IMG/VR virus record: IMGVR_UViG_3300036766_000194
Span: 124,001-188,000 of that record
DNA: 64,000 nucleotides
Reading direction: 5' to 3' (one strand)
Shown here: positions 56,776 to 64,000 of the stretch, in pieces
How the letters are laid out: each line of letters begins with the position of its first letter
Position numbering within the stretch: the first letter of the stretch is position 1
The notes under the pieces: generated by a model
The model's database searches: none
Told to the model about the DNA's origin: nothing
What the model saw: only the letters and a program-made list of their open reading frames with translations
Translations under genes and position numbers: made by a program

Positions 56776-59700
56776 TTATCTCTTTGTACCCGTCACGAAT
56801 TTATACTTCATTACCATCGTATCGGTGTCAATAGACTCCGCTCTCACATACACTTCATAGGTATATCCGCCATTACCCTTAGACCAAACAGCCGCCTGAG
56901 CCACGGCATCATTGACGCAGTCTCTAATCTCATCGTCATTCATTCTCTCAATGAGAGTTTTTATTCTACTAGAATTCATAGTTGAGAATGAAGACAGACC
57001 AGAAGGATTCTCCATATATTGGAGTTGAACTTCTCCAACACCAGGAACCTTGTCTAAAGCAACTCCCTGATTTGTAACCTTAAATGCACTAACGAATGTT
57101 ACCGCAATCTCACCTACCACAGCCTTGAGGAAGTCAGAGAGCAAAGTCTTATCGTCTAATCCAGCACGCTTTGCGCGACTAGAATTAATTAGATACTTGC
57201 CAGGTACAGAGGTTGTATTCTGATAGAATTCATCCGTGAACATAGGACCACGAATGTCATTTTCCTTACGGAGAGGAGCGCCATCAAGAACCTGAGGTTT
57301 TCCCTCTCTGCCGATACCCATCCCTGCTGCAGGAGAAGTACTTACGAAAGCTGTTATCTGATTAAGAGCTTCGTCGGGTATGTTAATTCCTGGTATTTCT
57401 ACTTCTTCTGTTTCTAGCTCTCCTCCGCTAATGGAAGGTTCCTGCATAGGAGCATTGCTATCGTTAGGATAATCAACGACGTTATGTTGAAGTTCTGGAT
57501 AAAATTCCTTTAGGACTTGACCAGGGAAGAAGAAATTAAATCCTGCTTCTTTACTTGTCTGATCTTCACCAACTGCGTGTTCCTGATTCGCTCCAACAGC
57601 TTCTTCAATTACCGGGAAGCACTCCTCTTCGTTCTTTTTGACTCCGATATTTTGAGGGATTATAGGCATAGAAGGCTTAATATTCTGACCCATGTTTGGA
57701 GTTGTCAGTTTGTTGATAGCATCAGGAGTAACAGTTGCTTTCTTCAACTTCTTAATACTGAGAGTTCTTCCTAGAGAACCATCGTATAGATCTCCACCAA
57801 TAGTTATACCTCTATACGTCATCCACCAATTACCTTCATCCTGACTAAACCCTAGTGTTAGTCCTTTTGGATGGGTAAAGACTTGAGCGTCATCGTTTTC
57901 ATAGAGTTCGTCGGGAATAGAATCTTCATCGCCGTATTTTTTAGCCAATTCTGCCCTATGGTCTGAACCATGATGATCAAAGATAAAACCACGAGCCTTT
58001 AACTCATCTCCTAAAAAACTTTGGTGAGCGGAGGCATTAATGTTGATAACGATTTTCCCACCATCGGACTTACCTACTTCTACGGTCTGTCCTGGAACAG
58101 CCTTGCCCATATCGTGATGAGCTACAGAGTCAGCTTTGACTTCATTGGCAATTTCCTGAGCCTTCTCGGAAAAACTCTTTCCGATCTCTTGTTCAGCTAC
58201 AGTATCCATAGCATCTTTTATAGCAGTGGCGTTTTGAGGTTCTGTTACAGCTTTGGGCCCACCTAACATGGTAGGTGGGACAATAGGACTTCCAGCTACG
58301 TTCTTAGGTCCACCACTAAGGTCGTTGAATTCACTCATTTGCTGATGAAGAGTATTAGCTGTTTTGCTGGCTTTTTTACTACTATTCCATCCGCATGAAC
58401 ATGAATAAGAACTTTCAGGAGATTCCTTACTTGCTATCTTTCCACACTGAGGACACTTCATAGACCATTGAGATGATGCCTTTTTGTGGGAATGTTCCCT
58501 ATGAGAGTCTAGGGCTGCTGCGCTATCAAATACTCCCCCATTTTCCCCCTCTTTTTCATAAAATTCACCCCATCTAGCTTCCCAGGTCAAACCATAACGA
58601 CGAAGAGTTTCGGTGGCTTGCTGTTTATTGGGACCTCCAGAAACTCCAACAACAGCGTCGGGCATGCTCATCGTCTTTATAGCGATTTGAAGTTGGTGCC
58701 ACTCTGGAGTTCCTTTTGCGGGCAGCGAATGACCAATATTGGTTACTCCTTTAAGTCCCGCTTCCTTCTTTTCCCCAGAGGCTTCTTCCTTTGGGGATTC
58801 AGCTTTTGGGGCTTTTGGTGCACTCTTCTCCGGAGGAGTTGTATTGTCACCTTTGTCAATTTTTATTTCTTTTGGTTTTTCATCAAAATTGAAAGGTTTT
58901 GCGGACTCTTCCTGCTTAGGTGTAGAATCAGGAAGAGCTTTCTTTAAGCCATCAGGATCTTTTGTTCCTTCAGATTGTGGTTGTTTACCGTCACCGGGCA
59001 ACTCAATTTGAGGAGCGGGTCCAAAATCTGAAGTGAGGGATGACCAAATGGAGTCTTCAGTTAGAGGAACATCTGCAACTTTACCACGAAGTTTTTCTAA
59101 CTTGGATTCACGCTTAGAAATCTTCTCATTTTGTCTACGACTTGCTGCGTGATAGGCGTCGGTACGATCTTCTCCTATCGCGCTAGCAACTTTTTCTGCT
59201 TCTTCATCTTCCTTATGCTTCTGCCAGCATTCATGGCATAGCTTATTATCATCTATGCTGCGTTCCTTACCACAGTCCTGACACTTACCCATCTTACGAC
59301 CAGTTTTCTTTGATGATGCTTCTTTTTCTACTTCTTCATCTTCTCTATTGAATTCATCGCGGCATTCATCAGAGCAAAAGTTATAACCCTTTTCTATTTG
59401 CATTCCACAATTCTTACATTCACCCCAACCAGCAGTTTTAGAAACCTCAGCATCGGTTTTAGGGACTACATCAACCGATTCAGTGGGTTGCTTTATATCT
59501 GGGTCATCAGGAGAAACTACTTTAGACTTTGCTCCTGAAAAATCAGCTCCTACGCCATCAGCAGTTTTTGTACTTGCAATCCATTCAGGGTCCATTCTTC
59601 CAGAAGGCTTTTCTCCTTCTACCGGAGACTCAATTCCTTCAAGCTGTTCTACTAGATTTTCCTGTCCATAAGCCGAGGGAGCTTTGGGCTTCTTCTGTGC

Positions 59701-60606
59701 GGGTAGAACTGTTCTATAATGGTTGGGATCCTTGATTCCAGGATGCTTATACTGAGTGGCAGGGGTGATAGGAGCAGCTGTCTTTCCTAAAGCAGAAGTC
59801 AGGGCATCATTAAGAGAAGCCATAACATCAATTTCATCATGACTAAGAAGATCTTCCAAAGCAGCTACGTTAGTGCGAGCTAGAAGAATAATCTGCTTCT
59901 TATGAGATGCTCTCTTTTGAGCGGATTGACCGCCGTTCTTACCGTCAGCATCACCAGCGGTAAAATCGGGGTACTCTTTTTCATTTCCTTCTGCAAGGAA
60001 AGGAAAATTGAGCTTTGTACTAATGTCGGTTACATCTAATTTTGTGGTATCCATGTCAGTCAGGATAGCATCAAAAGCTGAGGATAAACGAGGGTCGAAG
60101 TAGCAAGCAAACACTTGATGAGCTAGCATCTCGGCTAGTTTGCCTTCGTCCTTAATCATATGGAAGGTTACAAATTCACGAGGATTAGTCCAAGCAGGAA
60201 GAAATATGATTAAGGATGCGAACTTATCTTCATCATTCTTAAAGAGTTCTTCCTTTACGCGGGTCCAGTCTTTCTTAGAGAATTCATCAAATTCATTTTC
60301 CCCAATTTTGTGCATCTGCATGTCTGCGATATCTTCGGGATTGAGCATCTTAACGACTTTACCATATAGTAGGGCGATAGGAAATTCTTCAGGGGAATCG
60401 GTAATCTTGGAAGGGACGACCATTAAACGACCTATAACGATATGTTGACGGAAACCTTCGCTGAATACTTCGAATGATTGTATCTTCCCAGTACTCCGCG
60501 CTTTAGAATCACCTTCTTTAACAGCCGCCACCATTTTTGCTAGGAGGTCATCGTTCACAGAGAACGAACGAAAAGATTTACCGCTTAAAACTCCCGAGTT
60601 TGCCAT
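56776..60606 (-). CDS. large head-associated modular protein (1276 aa)
   Basis: many K-x-A motifs separating small modules and Zn fingers. Confidence 0.65.
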   Translation of the reverse strand: MANSGVLSGKSFRSFSVNDDLLAKMVAAVKEGDSKARSTGKIQSFEVFSEGFRQHIVIGRLMVVPSKITDSPEEFPIALLYGKVVKMLNPEDIADMQMHKIGENEFDEFSKKDWTRVKEELFKNDEDKFASLIIFLPAWTNPREFVTFHMIKDEGKLAEMLAHQVFACYFDPRLSSAFDAILTDMDTTKLDVTDISTKLNFPFLAEGNEKEYPDFTAGDADGKNGGQSAQKRASHKKQIILLARTNVAALEDLLSHDEIDVMASLNDALTSALGKTAAPITPATQYKHPGIKDPNHYRTVLPAQKKPKAPSAYGQENLVEQLEGIESPVEGEKPSGRMDPEWIASTKTADGVGADFSGAKSKVVSPDDPDIKQPTESVDVVPKTDAEVSKTAGWGECKNCGMQIEKGYNFCSDECRDEFNREDEEVEKEASSKKTGRKMGKCQDCGKERSIDDNKLCHECWQKHKEDEEAEKVASAIGEDRTDAYHAASRRQNEKISKRESKLEKLRGKVADVPLTEDSIWSSLTSDFGPAPQIELPGDGKQPQSEGTKDPDGLKKALPDSTPKQEESAKPFNFDEKPKEIKIDKGDNTTPPEKSAPKAPKAESPKEEASGEKKEAGLKGVTNIGHSLPAKGTPEWHQLQIAIKTMSMPDAVVGVSGGPNKQQATETLRRYGLTWEARWGEFYEKEGENGGVFDSAAALDSHREHSHKKASSQWSMKCPQCGKIASKESPESSYSCSCGWNSSKKASKTANTLHQQMSEFNDLSGGPKNVAGSPIVPPTMLGGPKAVTEPQNATAIKDAMDTVAEQEIGKSFSEKAQEIANEVKADSVAHHDMGKAVPGQTVEVGKSDGGKIVININASAHQSFLGDELKARGFIFDHHGSDHRAELAKKYGDEDSIPDELYENDDAQVFTHPKGLTLGFSQDEGNWWMTYRGITIGGDLYDGSLGRTLSIKKLKKATVTPDAINKLTTPNMGQNIKPSMPIIPQNIGVKKNEEECFPVIEEAVGANQEHAVGEDQTSKEAGFNFFFPGQVLKEFYPELQHNVVDYPNDSNAPMQEPSISGGELETEEVEIPGINIPDEALNQITAFVSTSPAAGMGIGREGKPQVLDGAPLRKENDIRGPMFTDEFYQNTTSVPGKYLINSSRAKRAGLDDKTLLSDFLKAVVGEIAVTFVSAFKVTNQGVALDKVPGVGEVQLQYMENPSGLSSFSTMNSSRIKTLIERMNDDEIRDCVNDAVAQAAVWSKGNGGYTYEVYVRAESIDTDTMVMKYKFVTGTKR

Positions 60607-61100
60607 TACTTATTTCCTCCCAATTCGATCTTAGCCGTGTCACGTCTAAGATCGGTTTCTTTCATTCTCATAATATCAGCAAAATGTTTCATGATGTTGT
60701 TTTGTAAACTATCTCCAGCGCCAGCTTCTTTCACCGCTTTTTTAAACGCATTCACTATTTCGGTGAAAACAAATTTGAATTTTTCTCCATCAAAATTCAA
60801 AATATCTCTCTTTGACAATATATCTGTCTCAGAGATGCTTTTAGCCAGTTCGCGCAGACCCTTTATCTGGTCGTTATAACCCTTCATCTTAAACTGAAGA
60901 GAAGGATCATTTTCACATTCGCTCATTTCTTGAGCGATGCTAACGATCTCCAAAGAAATAAGACGGGACAATTCATGCACCGGGTAGCTAGCATCGTTCA
61001 TCTTCTCTTTTAATTCGGGAAGATTTGTAGAGCGACGCAACATCCTACCACGATCCTGAGTTACCGAACCGTCATCCTTAAAACTAATGATCTGCTCCAT
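60606..61100 (-). CDS. helical hypothetical protein
   Basis: coupled stop/start; GAGGT SD. Confidence 0.6.
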   Translation of the reverse strand: MEQIISFKDDGSVTQDRGRMLRRSTNLPELKEKMNDASYPVHELSRLISLEIVSIAQEMSECENDPSLQFKMKGYNDQIKGLRELAKSISETDILSKRDILNFDGEKFKFVFTEIVNAFKKAVKEAGAGDSLQNNIMKHFADIMRMKETDLRRDTAKIELGGNK

Positions 61101-62728
61101 TAAACCTCTATGCTAAAAATAGGATTGACTTCAACATTTTCCAGCGTGCAGCCGTCTGTATTGATATCAACCGTTTTCTTTTCCTTCAAATCAAACTCAG
61201 CTAAGATAGAATGACCATCTATAGGTGCGTTGGCAGCTATTTTGTGTCTAATTCCCGCTGCTTTAGCTATGTTCTTTTCAACCCTTGCGCCCTTGAATCC
61301 CAATTTATCACGAAGGAATTCTACATCGCCAGCGGGGAGAATAATCTCTCCACCTTTCTTCTTACCACTTAACCAAGCACTCATTGCCTTAGCAGCTACA
61401 TGCTCTCCTACCTTAGTGGTGGCAAACTTATAGATATAAGAAAGAGCCTGACCTGCTACGCGGAGACGTTCAATATCACCAGAATCAAAATCATTAGCCG
61501 TTGCATAAGCAACTTGAGAAGCTGTCTTACTGGACTTATTCTCGGCGTTACGAATGATAGGGATGCTAGATGAATATTTACGTTCTTGTTTTTTCTTCAT
61601 AACATCTTGTAAAGACACAGTTTTGGAACAGTTTATGCATACTGGTTCATTTGAACCCCCAGCTGTGCGCTGTCCTGCCTGAACAGGTAGTCCCCGACCA
61701 TACTTCTTTTGAAGCAAGACTAGGAGAGACTTCAGCCCTGTTCCCGCTGTTTTAACACTTCCACCCATACCAACCTGTTGCCACGAATTCGTCTTGGCAG
61801 AGATCTTAATAGAAGTTCCATCGCTCTCATGAGAAAAAGCAAGAATGTTAGCTGCTACTATCTTTGTTGGGGTAAACTTGTAGGAAGACATCATTTTGAT
61901 ACCAGGCTGTGAAATGGAACCCTGACCACAAGCGGGACAAGTGCCATCATGTGGGCGTCCTAGATCATGTGTATGTTTAGGCTTGCCACTTATTCCCAAT
62001 GGAGTTGACCCAGGGAGCGCCGGAATCTGGGGTGTTTGTACAGAAGTCTTAACTCCTGCTGGATGCTCAGGGTCTAACCCACAAATGCAGACTTCTGTGG
62101 CGCTGCGTTCGTTATTAGCAACACATTCATCGGAGTGCTTGTCTCCAGAAGCAACATTTGGAGTCTCCCGCTCATACGTCGGAGAACTCTTATCCATATA
62201 AGTGTTAGGTTCCAAATAATTGATCCCTAGATTCGGCGCGGTGCGATTAAGATAATCTGTAGCCATACCTTTATTGAAGAGTTCTATCTCTCCGAGTTTC
62301 TTGAGAGCAGCTACTTTAGCAGCAGCCGTTAGTCCCGATCCTAGGATCTTATCAATACGCCCGGTAACTTCGGCATCGGTGAGTTTCTTCTTCATCCCGT
62401 CTGAATTATCCTTCATAGACTCTATGTCATGAAGTGCTTCTCCTAGGATGCTATCCTCATTCATAGCGTTTTTGCTACGTCCTGACCAATCGTCAGGTAC
62501 AGAACTAACGAGCTTTTTCTTTCCACCTTTACCCCCAGCGGGGAGCATACTGTGATGAGAAGCCGACTCAGCTATTTCTTCCAGTATATCACCGTCAATA
62601 TGGTCATGAGTGCGCTTCAGTTGCGTCTCTCCGGACTTAACCGCATCCTTGAGACCAAGATCTTTCCAATCCGGCTCCCGGTCCGAAAGAAACGCATCAA
62701 TTATAGAACTGTACTCTTTTTTAGCCAT
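61100..62728 (-). CDS. head-region hypothetical protein (542 aa)
   Basis: K-x-A motifs, small Cys/His modules. Confidence 0.6.
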   Translation of the reverse strand: MAKKEYSSIIDAFLSDREPDWKDLGLKDAVKSGETQLKRTHDHIDGDILEEIAESASHHSMLPAGGKGGKKKLVSSVPDDWSGRSKNAMNEDSILGEALHDIESMKDNSDGMKKKLTDAEVTGRIDKILGSGLTAAAKVAALKKLGEIELFNKGMATDYLNRTAPNLGINYLEPNTYMDKSSPTYERETPNVASGDKHSDECVANNERSATEVCICGLDPEHPAGVKTSVQTPQIPALPGSTPLGISGKPKHTHDLGRPHDGTCPACGQGSISQPGIKMMSSYKFTPTKIVAANILAFSHESDGTSIKISAKTNSWQQVGMGGSVKTAGTGLKSLLVLLQKKYGRGLPVQAGQRTAGGSNEPVCINCSKTVSLQDVMKKKQERKYSSSIPIIRNAENKSSKTASQVAYATANDFDSGDIERLRVAGQALSYIYKFATTKVGEHVAAKAMSAWLSGKKKGGEIILPAGDVEFLRDKLGFKGARVEKNIAKAAGIRHKIAANAPIDGHSILAEFDLKEKKTVDINTDGCTLENVEVNPIFSIEV

Positions 62729-62733
62729 GTTGG

Positions 62734-63045
62734 TTACTCCAAACTTCCTAGAATTTCATCAAGAAAGCCCATAGGTGCCTGAGCCGGGGCAGCAGCAATA
62801 CGCTCATGGTTATCAACTTCTTCAGCAGTCAGGCGAACGATGCTATTTCCTTTTACCTTCCAAAAATCCTTGGTAGAAGGACATTCGTATACATTACCTG
62901 CTACTCGCTGTAATCCCATACTTGCTATCTTAACTTTGACCCCTGGTGCTATTGTAGTTGCCAAAGCAAAATGATTATTAGAAGGTATTTCTTCTCTTAC
63001 CTGAGTTCCGACTCCATGAGATTCAACGTGAATTAGTTTAGACAT
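62734..63045 (-). CDS. hypothetical protein
   Basis: GAGGG SD before MSKLIH. Confidence 0.6.
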   Translation of the reverse strand: MSKLIHVESHGVGTQVREEIPSNNHFALATTIAPGVKVKIASMGLQRVAGNVYECPSTKDFWKVKGNSIVRLTAEEVDNHERIAAAPAQAPMGFLDEILGSLE

Positions 63046-63127
63046 AGATTCCCTCACTTCATTTAGGGTCTTGAATTCAGTATCTTGAGGAGTAATCGTT
63101 TAACGACCCCTATTTAGAGAGGAATAG

Positions 63128-63745
63128 TTGACAATGATACCCAATATTCAAATAATTTTCGACAACACTGCCGCAACAGACGGGGCTTGGTTCTATGTAG
63201 GGAAGTATTCAAAATGGAGTCTTTACATAAAAAACGGAGTTGACGCAGCAGTTGTCACCTCGGTTGAGGCTTCTTCTGACCCCACAATTCAATCTAATAA
63301 CGTACAATCTCCTGCTTATCAACCCACTGCTCTAGCCTGGAAGCCTTTCACAGTATATGCTTTGAACGCTTTGGTTGTAGACTACCTTGGAAACGTACAA
63401 AAGGCCACTGTAGCGGGGACAAGTGGATCTAAACCTCCCACCTGGAACACAACCGGAACAACAGCAGATAACACCGTAACTTGGACTTATCAAGCTGCTC
63501 AGGGAAATTCAAACTATAACTCAGCACCAACATCTTCTGCAACCCCAGCAGGAGTTGTTATTTGCCCCACTGCAACTACAGCAGCAGTATTAACCACCAC
63601 AGGGTCGGGAACTGTTTTAGTTACAGGTGCCAACACCCTTTATGTACCTAGTGATGATCTTTATGTAGGATATATTCGCGTTCGTAAGGCTTCCAGCGGA
63701 TCACTAGAAACTATTGCTTATCTTTCTGGCGAAATAGATAGCTAG
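63128..63745 (+). CDS. virion protein with a W..Y..GTSG..P.W..G..D..VTW module
   Basis: module shared with 37432-41640. Confidence 0.65.
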   Translation: MTMIPNIQIIFDNTAATDGAWFYVGKYSKWSLYIKNGVDAAVVTSVEASSDPTIQSNNVQSPAYQPTALAWKPFTVYALNALVVDYLGNVQKATVAGTSGSKPPTWNTTGTTADNTVTWTYQAAQGNSNYNSAPTSSATPAGVVICPTATTAAVLTTTGSGTVLVTGANTLYVPSDDLYVGYIRVRKASSGSLETIAYLSGEIDS

Positions 63746-63844
63746 TATAAGAGTTTGAGCAGGGCAGACAAAGCCTTGCTGCTGGAGGGAAGTCAGCTTT
63801 TCTAAGAAAACAACTTTAGATCTTTACTTATAGGGAGTTACACC

Positions 63845-64000
63845 ATGAAGATTAGCCGTGAAGAATTCAAAAAACAGATTCGTGCTCGCCGATTAGCCAA
63901 GGAAGCAATTAGCAAATATGCTCGTCTCCAAACTGTCGCCGAGAAGTACCCGCGTCATTTTAGTGCCGCAATTGTAGAGTTGGCGAACTCTTTCCACGAA
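63845..64000 (+). CDS. 5' part of a hypothetical protein (runs off the window)
   Basis: GGGAG SD; open to the end: MKISREEFKKQIRARRLAKEA... Confidence 0.6.
   Translation, partial: MKISREEFKKQIRARRLAKEAISKYARLQTVAEKYPRHFSAAIVELANSFHE

Overview
This is a 64-kb segment of a large (jumbo-like) dsDNA phage genome. Recognisable genes include a terminase large subunit with an Ala-start class-3 LAGLIDADG intein, a probable portal, a family-A DNA polymerase, a DnaX-like clamp loader, split primase and SbcC-like genes, a NusG-like and a sigma-like protein, an Rnl2-type RNA ligase, an RlaP-type nucleotidyltransferase, a radical SAM protein, an OmpA-domain protein and several decayed homing endonucleases. 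There are two tRNA arrays. Array 1 (+, 1598-3322) holds 11 tRNAs, all with long variable arms: Tyr, 5 Leu, 4 Ser and Ile-UAU. Array 2 (-, 22347-24067) holds 13 short-arm tRNAs: Trp, His, 2 Lys, 5 Arg, Ala, 2 Asn and Gln. The main finding is that each array is preceded by a promoter and a short leader ORF missing from the ORF track. Each leader carries codons for 10 of the 11 distinct anticodons in its own array and is followed by mutually exclusive RNA helices. This looks like ribosome-stalling attenuation that switches on a phage tRNA array when the matching host tRNAs are depleted. A recurring TA(A/G)CCT-N17-TAGAAT-like promoter, several structured RNAs in the array spacers and K-x-A-punctuated virion polyproteins are also visible. 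All calls come from manual reading; no searches or folding programs were run.
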